A model generated the notes under the pieces. That model was not told the DNA's origin, made no database searches, and was given only the letters and a program-made list of their open reading frames with translations. Source: a virus (taxonomy: Duplodnaviria; Caudoviricetes). From it: 29,156 nucleotides of DNA. Of the stretch, positions 1 through 8,444 are shown piece by piece; within the stretch, counting starts at the first letter, position 1; the number at the start of each line of letters is the position of its first letter. Made by a program: the position numbers and the translations under genes. Location of the stretch: positions 1 through 29,156 of IMG/VR virus record IMGVR_UViG_3300034104_001201. One strand, given 5' to 3'.

Positions 1-1
1 A

Positions 2-499
2 GATATAGAAAAGCTAGAAAATATGTTTTTGCTTAAAAGCATGACTTGGCAAGATCACCAAAGCTCACAAAAGCTGTTGCTTACCCTAGACCATTCTTCA
101 GATATTGCTGATTATTACTTAGCTATAGCTGAGTTTGGTTTTGACCATGAAACTGTTAGAAAACAGACAGAAAATACAGACGATCAAATTCCTATGCCTT
201 TTGGAAATTACAAAGTAATGGTAGCCAACTCAAGAATTGATGGAAAAGGAGTATTTGCTACTGGTAACTTTAAAGAAGGAGAAGTGATTGCTCCTGCAAG
301 AATAAACGGCAAAAGAACTCCAATTGGCAGATATACGAATCATTCAAAAAATGTTAACGGAATTATGGTTTTAAGAGATAATAATGACATTGATTTAGTG
401 GCAAAAAAGGCTATAAATGGGTGTCATGGGGGTAATTTAGGCGAAGAAATTACTATTGATTATCGACAAGCCTTAAGTATTGCAATAAGGAGAGATTAA
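2..499 (+). CDS. SET-domain protein (putative lysine methyltransferase), probably 5'-truncated by the window edge
   Basis: SET motifs GKGVFA, RYTNHS..N and GEEITIDY; the frame is open from position 2, upstream of the ATG at 23. Confidence 0.85.
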   Translation, partial: DIEKLENMFLLKSMTWQDHQSSQKLLLTLDHSSDIADYYLAIAEFGFDHETVRKQTENTDDQIPMPFGNYKVMVANSRIDGKGVFATGNFKEGEVIAPARINGKRTPIGRYTNHSKNVNGIMVLRDNNDIDLVAKKAINGCHGGNLGEEITIDYRQALSIAIRRD

Positions 500-1264
500 A
501 TGTCAGGAGTCGCAACAGCTATCGTAGTAGGATCAGTAGCTTCAGGCTACATGGCGAGCCAAGGAGCTAAAAGCGCTGCCAAAACTCAAGCAGATGCAGC
601 AGCTAGAGCGCAAGGTCAGTTATTAGAAACTGGTGAAAGAGCTGCTGATGTTTACAATCCTTATGTAAATAAGGGGGTTACAGCTCTTAATAAGATGTCT
701 GAAGATCCTTACTTTACGCAACAATTTACTAATCGTGATTTAAACGAATATTTAGCACCAGGTTATGACTTTAGATTAGGTCAAGGTCAAAAAGCTAATT
801 TAATGGCATCAAATGTAAGCGGTGGAGCTGTAAGCGGTAACGCTTTGCGTAGCTTGCAAGACTATACGCAAAACTTTGCTTCAGGCGAATATGCTAATGC
901 TTTTAACCAATTTCAAACTCAAAGAGGCAACATTTTCTCTAATTTAAGAGACATTGCTAACTTTGGTCTTACAGGAACAACTGGTCAAGCTAATGCAATG
1001 CTTGGAACTGGAACTAATATTGCTAGTTTGACTGCTGCATCAGGTAATGCACAAGCAGCTTCTCAGATAGCTCAAGGCAATATTTATGCAAATACAGCTC
1101 AAGGAGTAGCAAACGCTGGAACTTATTACGCTATGAATCAAAATCCAAATCCATATCAAAATATGGGAATAAGCGGAAATAGAAATACTGGTTATACATA
1201 TCAAAACCAAATAGGGCCAACCGAATCAGGTGGAAATTTAAGCTCTTTGAATTTAAGGACATAA
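500..1264 (+). CDS. DNA transfer/ejection protein (P22 gp7-like)
   Basis: Gly/Ala-rich hydrophobic N-terminus, PGYDFRLGQG..A....GG..SGNAL..L motif, first of three ejection-type genes; RBS AGGAG. Confidence 0.75.
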   Translation: MSGVATAIVVGSVASGYMASQGAKSAAKTQADAAARAQGQLLETGERAADVYNPYVNKGVTALNKMSEDPYFTQQFTNRDLNEYLAPGYDFRLGQGQKANLMASNVSGGAVSGNALRSLQDYTQNFASGEYANAFNQFQTQRGNIFSNLRDIANFGLTGTTGQANAMLGTGTNIASLTAASGNAQAASQIAQGNIYANTAQGVANAGTYYAMNQNPNPYQNMGISGNRNTGYTYQNQIGPTESGGNLSSLNLRT

Positions 1265-1265
1265 T

Positions 1266-2582
1266 ATGCCAGCTCTCAGCACATTACCTGATGCAAGTAT
1301 TTATGGAAATACGCAAGCTCCTAAAGCTATGTCTATTCAAGAAATGGTTGATCTTGGAAGAACCTCTACTGCATTGCAACGAGAAAAGGCTTTATTGCCT
1401 TCAGCAATTCAACAAGGTCAAGCACAGGCTCAAACTGCAACAATGCAAGCCGATACTGCAACCCTAGATAATGCTTTAAAACATACAACTCAAGTTACTC
1501 AAAGCATCCAAGGTCTTTTGACAAAACCTGACTTAACTTCTGACGATATTGTTAATTCAGTAAAAGAAAACGCTAAGAGGATGAATACTCCTGAAAATGC
1601 TGTTAATCAAACATTATCAGGAATTCCTGTAAATGGTTCGCCAACTGAACTAAGGTCTTGGTTAGCTATGAGTTTGGCAAAAACTTTGAGCGCTCAAACT
1701 CAGCTTGAAAAAGTATATCCTGGTGGCATATTGCCATCACAGTTGCCTCAAGGTGGTTATCAGCCAAATGTGCAAGGAACTGAAACTCCTACTTCTGCCA
1801 CAGCTCCTGCTACAGTTCCTAAAACTGGTGTTCAACCTCAAGATATGAGCCAACCAGTTAAAACTGATTTAAGCAAACCAGTTCCTTTGTCTTATCCAAT
1901 TAGACAAGCTGGTCAAGCCTATACAGCACTTCCACAGGAAGAAGATGAGCGTAAAGTTGGAACAGCATCAAAAACAGCTTTAATTGCTAGACAGTCAGAA
2001 CTTCCTGCCTCTCGTAGAAATGTGGATGAAGTTATTAAAAAGGCTATGGAGCTTGAGAAATCAGCGACTTTGCCAACTTCAGGAGTTTTGGGTTCTATTG
2101 AAAGAAACTTATCTACCTTCCTTGGAACTGAGCAAGGTATTCGATATAAAGAATTATCTAAAGACTTAGCCAACGCTGCTATTGCTAATATTAAAGCAAC
2201 AGGCGGTTCTATGGATACAGTTGCAGGACAGCAATTACAAAGAATGGCAAACGGAGATGAAACTTATCCTCCTAAAGTATTGATTGAAATTGCTCGTAGA
2301 ACTCAAGCTGATATGACAGCTCTTGACTCAAAAGCGACAGCAATTAAGAAATTCTCTGACAAGTTTGGAGATCAAAACTTAAAGTCATTTGAGCAAATGT
2401 GGTCTAAAAACGCTGATCCTAAGATATTCCAAGCTATGAATATCTTTAACGATCCAAGAATGTCTAAGGAAGAAAAAGCCAAAGCTAGAGATGAATTACT
2501 AGGAACTGATAAAAATCAACTAAAGATTTTTAATGAGCAATACAATAATGTTAAGAAATTAGAGCAAACAGGAACTCTGTAA
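1266..2582 (+). CDS. Putative ejection protein (gp20 position)
   Basis: 438 aa Q/A/T-rich helical protein between the gp7-like and gp16-like genes; call by synteny. Confidence 0.6.
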   Translation: MPALSTLPDASIYGNTQAPKAMSIQEMVDLGRTSTALQREKALLPSAIQQGQAQAQTATMQADTATLDNALKHTTQVTQSIQGLLTKPDLTSDDIVNSVKENAKRMNTPENAVNQTLSGIPVNGSPTELRSWLAMSLAKTLSAQTQLEKVYPGGILPSQLPQGGYQPNVQGTETPTSATAPATVPKTGVQPQDMSQPVKTDLSKPVPLSYPIRQAGQAYTALPQEEDERKVGTASKTALIARQSELPASRRNVDEVIKKAMELEKSATLPTSGVLGSIERNLSTFLGTEQGIRYKELSKDLANAAIANIKATGGSMDTVAGQQLQRMANGDETYPPKVLIEIARRTQADMTALDSKATAIKKFSDKFGDQNLKSFEQMWSKNADPKIFQAMNIFNDPRMSKEEKAKARDELLGTDKNQLKIFNEQYNNVKKLEQTGTL

Positions 2583-4978
2583 TGGATGATTTCAGCCAAT
2601 TTTTAATGGGTGGGCAAGCAAAGCCTAACCCACAAGCTAATCCTGTTGGCGGTGTCAATCAATACAATGTTGGCAATCTAAGACCAGTTGGATCATCTAC
2701 AGGCTTTCAACAACCTTCTAGCTATGAAGAAGGCATTAAAGCTATGGATGACAATCTAAGAATCTATGGAACAAAACATAACATTAATACTTTAAGAGGA
2801 GTTATTAGTCGTTATGCTCCTCCTCAAGATAAAAACGATACTGAAGGCTATATTAACTTTGTAGCTCAAAGAACTGGTTTAAAACCTGACCAAGAAATAG
2901 ACCTTTCTAATCCTGCTGTTCGTCATGTGATTAGTGGCCCTATGATTCTTATGGAAAAAGGTGGAAAGAATATATTTGGTGCTAAATCAGCAGTTGCTCA
3001 ACCAACTGCTAAAGAAGCAACAGATGACTTTAGTAGTTTTCTAATGGGTGGCAAAGCAGAGCCAACTAAAGAAGAAAAAAAATCAACACCTAAAATACCT
3101 CGTTTAGAAGAACGCAAAAATTTACTCAAAGGTTTAGCTTCTGTTGCAGATATAGCTATTAGTGCTGTTCCTGCTGCTGCTAGTCAAGTTGTTTATGCTG
3201 GTGGCAGAGCTTTTGGGCAATCTCCTGAAGAAGCTACTGCAACAGCTCAAAAGGTAGCTAACGCTCCTTCTATTGGAAAAACTTTTGGCATTACCGAAGA
3301 TCCTGCCTATAAGCAAGAAGCTACTCGCAGAATTATGGATAAGATTGGGCAATACATTGGCGAAGGAGCTGATGCTATTTCCCAAAAAACAGGCATACCA
3401 AAGCAAGATGTGGAAAATATGCTTGGCACATTAGGAGTAGGTGTTGGCGCTAAATTGCCTAGTCCTAAGACTACTGTATTAAAACTTCAAGAGCAGTTTG
3501 ACAATCGTTTTCCAAAAACTGCTCAAGCTCCTAGTGCTAAACCAACAATGTCAGGAGTTGGAGCTGCGGAAGCAAATCTGCAAAATAGGGTTCAAGTTGC
3601 ATTAACTGAAGCTCCTGATTATTTAAAAGAATCATTAAAAAATACTCCTATTGAAAAACTAGCTACAGAAGAAAACATTAAAGTCATTGAAAACCATAAT
3701 AAATTTGCTAAATATGGTTTAGTTCCAACAGAAGGACAAGCATTAGAAAACACATCTTTAATGTCTAATGAGTTTAATGCTAGAAAAACAGATCCTAATT
3801 TACAAGCTAGATTTGAGGAGCGTGATCCTAAGCTAATTCAAGGATTCAACACAATTAAAGAAAAAGTTTCTCCTGATGTTTTTGATAACGATCCAATTCG
3901 ATTGGCTTCAATGCCATTGGATAAGTTAAAAAATGATTACATTAATGACCAAGCAAATATTCGAGCTTTGTATGAAAAAGCAAACCGAGCTGCTGGTGGA
4001 TCACAAGCTCCTATTGATATTGGAGCATTAAGAGAAAATATTATTAATGGTCTTAAAGAAAAACAAAGAACTAGGTATGTTCCTGCAAGATTGCAAGCTG
4101 ATTTAGATGAAGTATTGGCTCAAGGGTTTATGACTCCTGAACAATATGAAAACTTCAGAACTGATACAGCTACTATTGCAAGAACTTCTAAAGATCCTTT
4201 AGAAGCTCAAGCAGCAAGCATTATTAGAGAAAAACTAGAGCAAGTTCCAATTAAAGATGAGTTTGCTCAGTATAAACCCTTATATGATGAAGCTAGAAAA
4301 GCTGTTGCTGCATTAAAAGCCAAAGAAAAAAATCCAGCTTATAAAGCAGCTATTTCTGATACTAGAACTCCTGATGAAATAGAAGCTGGTATTCCTCATC
4401 CTGCTGCTAATAATTTTGTAGCCAAGCATTATGCTTCTAATACTCCTCAAGTAAACATTGAAAGAATGTTGGACTTGATTGGCAGAAATTCTCCTGAACA
4501 TCAAGCATTAAATAAATTAAAAATTGATGAGTTTAAATTAAATTCAGGCATCAGAAATGACAAAGGAACAGTAAGCCAAGCAAATTTAAACAAAATAATT
4601 TATGAGCAAAATAAGTCTAATTTGCCTGTAATGTTTGACAATATGACTGTAAAAGATTTGCAAGACTTAGCTGATGTTGCTAATTTAAGTGAACCAAGAA
4701 AAGGTGTTCATTCTGTCAATGTGTCAAATACAGAAATACTTAGACAAGAAAACGCTGCTAGAGCTGCAAAAGAAACTGCTGAAAATATTGCTGCTGGACT
4801 TACAGAAACAGCAATTAATATGAAAGTTCCATTTGGAGGAACAATTTTAAGAAGCACTTTAGGCGGTATGAAAGCTGAAAGACAAGCAAAAGCAGCAGCA
4901 AAAGCAGCTCAAGAGGAGTCTGAAAAAAGACTTTCACCAAAAGCAGGAATTAAACTTAAAGACATAGGTAAGGAATAA
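2582..4978 (+). CDS. Large ejection protein (gp16 position) with N-terminal lysozyme-like peptidoglycan hydrolase domain
   Basis: 798 aa; N-terminal NVGNLR...GF..P.SYEEGI.A...L..Y....INTLRGVISRYAPP..NDT..YI motif typical of virion-associated lysozyme-like domains; synteny. Confidence 0.7.
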   Translation: MDDFSQFLMGGQAKPNPQANPVGGVNQYNVGNLRPVGSSTGFQQPSSYEEGIKAMDDNLRIYGTKHNINTLRGVISRYAPPQDKNDTEGYINFVAQRTGLKPDQEIDLSNPAVRHVISGPMILMEKGGKNIFGAKSAVAQPTAKEATDDFSSFLMGGKAEPTKEEKKSTPKIPRLEERKNLLKGLASVADIAISAVPAAASQVVYAGGRAFGQSPEEATATAQKVANAPSIGKTFGITEDPAYKQEATRRIMDKIGQYIGEGADAISQKTGIPKQDVENMLGTLGVGVGAKLPSPKTTVLKLQEQFDNRFPKTAQAPSAKPTMSGVGAAEANLQNRVQVALTEAPDYLKESLKNTPIEKLATEENIKVIENHNKFAKYGLVPTEGQALENTSLMSNEFNARKTDPNLQARFEERDPKLIQGFNTIKEKVSPDVFDNDPIRLASMPLDKLKNDYINDQANIRALYEKANRAAGGSQAPIDIGALRENIINGLKEKQRTRYVPARLQADLDEVLAQGFMTPEQYENFRTDTATIARTSKDPLEAQAASIIREKLEQVPIKDEFAQYKPLYDEARKAVAALKAKEKNPAYKAAISDTRTPDEIEAGIPHPAANNFVAKHYASNTPQVNIERMLDLIGRNSPEHQALNKLKIDEFKLNSGIRNDKGTVSQANLNKIIYEQNKSNLPVMFDNMTVKDLQDLADVANLSEPRKGVHSVNVSNTEILRQENAARAAKETAENIAAGLTETAINMKVPFGGTILRSTLGGMKAERQAKAAAKAAQEESEKRLSPKAGIKLKDIGKE

Positions 4979-4980
4979 TT

Positions 4981-5736
4981 ATGGCATCAGTTCTTTTATC
5001 CCCATACGGAGTAGGTCAGCAATTCTTTGATGACAATGGAGTTCCTTTAGCTGGTGGTTTAATCTACACCTATCAAGCAGGATCTTCTACCCCATTAGTA
5101 ACTTACACAGATAATGGTGGAACTATACCTAACGCTAATCCTATTGTTTTGGATGCTTCAGGTAGAACTCCACAGCAAATTTGGTTGCTTACTGGTTATT
5201 CCTACAAGTTTGTTCTTCAAAACGCTGATGCGGTATTAATTCAGACTTTGGATAATATTTATCCAATTTTGCAAAATGCTCCAACTTCAGCTCCTGCTAT
5301 TCCAAGCGGTGGAATAATTATTTGGTCAGGATCTACTGGTTCTATTCCTGCAACTTGGTATTTATGTGATGGAACAAACGGAACTCCTGATTTAAGAGAT
5401 AGATTTATTGTTGGAGCTGGTAATACTTACGCTGTAAACGCTACAGGAGGAACTGCTGATGCAATAGTTGTAAGTCATACTCATACAGCAACCTCAACTT
5501 CTGTAGTTACAGATCCTGGTCATACACATACTTCACCTTCAAATGGCGCACCAAATGGAGGAGGAGCTGGAGCAGCATTTACAACTGGAATGGGTAATGT
5601 GCCAGGTCATGCAACTTTATCTAATACAACAGGAATTAGTGTTGCTACAACTACAACCAATGCTACTGCTGGTGTTAGCGGAACTAACGCTAATCTGCCA
5701 CCTTACTATGCTCTTGCTTACATTATGAAGGCTTAA
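4981..5736 (+). CDS. Tail fibre/spike with virion-attachment N-terminus and tail-collar domain
   Basis: QFFDDNGVPLAGGLIYTY.AG..TP..TY....NPIVLD..GR head-binding-like domain; PSGGIIIWSG...WYLCDGTNGTPDLRDRFIVGAG collar motif; NLPPYYALAYIMK C-terminus. Confidence 0.85.
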   Translation: MASVLLSPYGVGQQFFDDNGVPLAGGLIYTYQAGSSTPLVTYTDNGGTIPNANPIVLDASGRTPQQIWLLTGYSYKFVLQNADAVLIQTLDNIYPILQNAPTSAPAIPSGGIIIWSGSTGSIPATWYLCDGTNGTPDLRDRFIVGAGNTYAVNATGGTADAIVVSHTHTATSTSVVTDPGHTHTSPSNGAPNGGGAGAAFTTGMGNVPGHATLSNTTGISVATTTTNATAGVSGTNANLPPYYALAYIMKA

Positions 5737-5737
5737 T

Positions 5738-5968
5738 ATGTCATTCGAGCTAGATCCAGTTCGCTATGGAGTTTTGTGGAATACTGTGGAGAACAACGAA
5801 AAAAAATTAGAAGAAATGTCTAAAAAAATAGACAAATTAGAGGGTTCAATCGAAGAATTAGTCCGACTTGTAAATCAATCAAGAGGCGCTTTGTGGATGG
5901 GATTGGGAATTTTATCGGTCATTAGCGGAGTAATTGGCTTTGTTGGGAGTTACTTTTCAGGAAAATGA
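5738..5968 (+). CDS. Small coiled-coil membrane protein (XhlA/holin-like)
   Basis: Coiled coil followed by one C-terminal transmembrane segment, at the start of the lysis cassette. Confidence 0.6.
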   Translation: MSFELDPVRYGVLWNTVENNEKKLEEMSKKIDKLEGSIEELVRLVNQSRGALWMGLGILSVISGVIGFVGSYFSGK

Positions 5969-5974
5969 AAATGT

Positions 5975-6421
5975 ATGTCAGACCAATTTGGATTTTTGGA
6001 AGGAGCAAAATCTCTTAGTAGCTCCTTAAATGCTAGTCGAGATGTAAGCAAAGAGCTTTCTAAAAGCATTTCTGACACTCAAAAAGAAGCTAGTGATGTA
6101 GCTCAACAACGCAATCTAGATAGGCGCAGAGAACTAAGAGAAAACGAAGTCCGTAAAGAATTATTTCTTAAAAGAGTTTTAATTCAATGGGAACATGAAG
6201 AACAAGTAAGACGAGAAGAAGCAAAATTAAGAGCTGACTTCTTAAAGAAATATGGTCAAAGATGGGTAGAAGTTGAGGCTTTAAAAGCCAAGTTGGAAAA
6301 GCAAGAAAAACAGTTTCAAAAAGAATTTGATAAAGATTTACATAAAGCTAAAGTTGCACAGTTTTGGTGTTTTGCAATAGCTGGTGTAATAGCTTATTTT
6401 TTAGTATGGGGTTATAAATAA
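5975..6421 (+). CDS. Hypothetical coiled-coil protein with C-terminal membrane anchor
   Basis: Charged helical body and hydrophobic FWCFAIAGVIAYFLVWG tail; overlaps the next start by TAATG. Confidence 0.7.
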   Translation: MSDQFGFLEGAKSLSSSLNASRDVSKELSKSISDTQKEASDVAQQRNLDRRRELRENEVRKELFLKRVLIQWEHEEQVRREEAKLRADFLKKYGQRWVEVEALKAKLEKQEKQFQKEFDKDLHKAKVAQFWCFAIAGVIAYFLVWGYK

Positions 6422-6924
6422 TGGATACATTGCTAGGATTACTTAAAGGAGTTGCTCCTGTTTTGGCTACAGCAGTTGCAGGGCCAGCAGGAGGAGCTGC
6501 CGTAGGTTGGATAGCCTCAAAGCTAGGTATTGATGATGCGACTGTTGAAGGTGTTACAAAAGCACTTACTGGTGATCCTGAAATGGCTTTAAAGCTCAAA
6601 GAATTAGACCTTGAATATGCCAAGTTAGAAGTCCAAGACCGAGATTCTGCAAGACAAGCCTATGCTCAAGTAGCTACAAGCGAATACGCTACAAAGCTCG
6701 ACAAAATGGTTGTTCCTGTGTTGGCTTTGGGAGTTGTTGGATTAGCGTTTTCCCTTATCGCTATTTTGATGTTTGTTAATACTCCACAAGATCAGCAACA
6801 AATCATTATTTTTGCTCTTGGATTTATTACCTCTGCTGCTGGTCAAGTCCTGTCGTTTTACTTTGGATCTAGTCAAGGCAGTAAAGACAAAACAGAAGAA
6901 ATTAAAGGAATGTTGAAAAAATGA
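6421..6924 (+). CDS. Putative holin (3TM/GTA-holin-like)
   Basis: APVLATAVAGPAGG N-terminus, DRDSAR motif, two TM segments, FYFGSS.GS ending; directly before the endolysin. Confidence 0.7.
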   Translation: MDTLLGLLKGVAPVLATAVAGPAGGAAVGWIASKLGIDDATVEGVTKALTGDPEMALKLKELDLEYAKLEVQDRDSARQAYAQVATSEYATKLDKMVVPVLALGVVGLAFSLIAILMFVNTPQDQQQIIIFALGFITSAAGQVLSFYFGSSQGSKDKTEEIKGMLKK

Positions 6925-7517
6925 TTGAATCTCAACTTTTAGCGCTAGGAATTGAAGGCAAATGGCTTGAACCTTTATTAAAAACCTTTGAAAAATACGA
7001 AATTAACACTCCTACAAGACGAGCTGCTTTTATTGGTCAATGTGGGCATGAATCAGCTAACTTTAAAACTTTAGAAGAAAACCTAAATTATTCGGCTAAA
7101 GGTCTTATGGGAACATGGCCAAGCCGATTTCCAAGCCTAGAAATAGCAACTCAGTTTGAGCGAAATCCTGAAAAAATAGCCAATAAAGTCTATGGTGGCA
7201 GAGCTGACCTAGGTAATACTGAGGATGGGGATGGTTGGCGCTTTCATGGAAGGGGTCTAATTCAGCTCACAGGAAGGTCAAACTATACAGTCTGTGGGTT
7301 AGCCTTAGACAGACCATTTGCGGAGCATCCTGAGCTTGTTTTAGAGCCTGAGAACGCTAGTCTTAGTGCTGGTTGGTTTTGGAACAAAAGGGGTCTAAAT
7401 GCCCTAGCTGATTCTGAGGATTGGACTACTATCACCAAAAGAATAAATGGTGGGATTATTGGTTTAGAGGATAGAATCAACAAGATCCATAAAGCTATGG
7501 ATATTTTAGGAGCTTAG
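6921..7517 (+). CDS. Endolysin, glycoside hydrolase family 19
   Basis: AAFIGQCGHES, EENLNYS, GDGWRFHGRGLIQLTGRSNY and TKRINGG GH19 motifs. Confidence 0.93.
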   Translation: MIESQLLALGIEGKWLEPLLKTFEKYEINTPTRRAAFIGQCGHESANFKTLEENLNYSAKGLMGTWPSRFPSLEIATQFERNPEKIANKVYGGRADLGNTEDGDGWRFHGRGLIQLTGRSNYTVCGLALDRPFAEHPELVLEPENASLSAGWFWNKRGLNALADSEDWTTITKRINGGIIGLEDRINKIHKAMDILGA

Positions 7518-7519
7518 AA

Positions 7520-7660
7520 ATGATTAAAGAAACCAAAAAGCATGAAAAGCGTGAAGAAGCGCAGATGATTAAATTGCGTAACGCTGTCTATGAATTTGGC
7601 AAAGAACTAAAGAAGCATGAGAAAGAGCCTATGAATAAGGCTCATCCCATGAAGAAATAA
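7520..7660 (+). CDS. Small basic protein, 46 aa (not in ORF track)
   Basis: MIKETKKHEKREEAQMIKLRNAVYEFGKELKKHEKEPMNKAHPMKK; AGGAG RBS upstream; fills the gap exactly up to the convergent stop. Confidence 0.65.
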   Translation: MIKETKKHEKREEAQMIKLRNAVYEFGKELKKHEKEPMNKAHPMKK

Positions 7661-7852
7661 TTAGCTGTTACGGATTATTTGTCTTACTTCTTCTAAAGTC
7701 TTAATTCGGCTAGTTTGCCAAGCTAAAGTCCATATTTGCATTGCTGCATCATTTGGATTAAAGCAAGTTGGAAAGGTGTCAAAAAAAGCCTGTTCACAGT
7801 CGTTTTCAGGAATTGGAATCTTTCCTGCAAAGGGAACATCTTCATAGTTCAT
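7661..7852 (-). CDS. Hypothetical protein, 63 aa
   Basis: Last gene of the leftward operon; ATGA overlap with the upstream gene. Confidence 0.65.
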   Translation of the reverse strand: MNYEDVPFAGKIPIPENDCEQAFFDTFPTCFNPNDAAMQIWTLAWQTSRIKTLEEVRQIIRNS

Positions 7853-8049
7853 TTGATCCTCGCAACTCTAGCTTTTCTTAAAACAGCTTCATATTGTTTT
7901 TTGGCTTCATCATCCAACTTACGCAACGGAAGATTTTGCCAATAAGCCCATTTGTCTTTGTATTCTTGAAGCTCAGATGGAGGAATCCAACCAGCAAGCC
8001 TCCATCTAATCGTTATATCTGTTCCACTCGTAGTCCAAATATGCTCCAT
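7849..8049 (-). CDS. Hypothetical protein, 66 aa (start MEHIWTT)
   Basis: GGAGG RBS before the ATG at 8049; TDI..RW...GW.PPSE motif recalled from other phage small proteins. Confidence 0.7.
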   Translation of the reverse strand: MEHIWTTSGTDITIRWRLAGWIPPSELQEYKDKWAYWQNLPLRKLDDEAKKQYEAVLRKARVARIK

Positions 8050-8057
8050 AGAGCCTC

Positions 8058-8186
8058 CTATCGACAAATAGTTACCCATTGGCATCCACCACCACCACAA
8101 ACATACTGTTGCCAGCAGTTAGCGTATTGAGCAGATACATAACCAACGACAAAAAATGCTGCTATTGCTACAAGTGCTTTTTTCAT
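8058..8186 (-). CDS. Secreted four-cysteine peptide, 42 aa (not in ORF track)
   Basis: MKKALVAIAAFFVVGYVSA-QYANCWQQYVCGGGGCQWVTICR; GAGGAG RBS; Sec-type signal peptide; fits between the flanking genes. Confidence 0.8.
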   Translation of the reverse strand: MKKALVAIAAFFVVGYVSAQYANCWQQYVCGGGGCQWVTICR

Positions 8187-8198
8187 AGTTTCTCCTCT

Positions 8199-8444
8199 TT
8201 AAAATGGAACATCATCTTCAATTTTGTTAAAAGAACCACTAGGCTTCTCTTTATCTTCAGGAACATTTAAATAAGCAAGAATAGCTCCTTCTTTCATAGC
8301 AAAGATTGGCAATGATTCTAACTTTAACATTAACCCATGTTTGGTTTCCATGACAACCCCTATCGATTGATAGCGTTTTTTCATAGTGCCATCATCACCT
8401 TTAAATTCCGATACTGCTGCCTTCACAAAGTATTTAATTCCCAT
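8199..8444 (-). CDS. Small SSB-like protein with acidic DDVPF tail
   Basis: Beta-rich body, C-terminal EDDVPF; downstream of exonuclease and annealase. Confidence 0.65.
   Translation of the reverse strand: MGIKYFVKAAVSEFKGDDGTMKKRYQSIGVVMETKHGLMLKLESLPIFAMKEGAILAYLNVPEDKEKPSGSFNKIEDDVPF

Noticed and set aside
6348-7483. Embedded Rz1-like lipoprotein in the lysis genes
   Set aside because: The nested ORFs are antisense and lack a signal peptide with a lipobox cysteine
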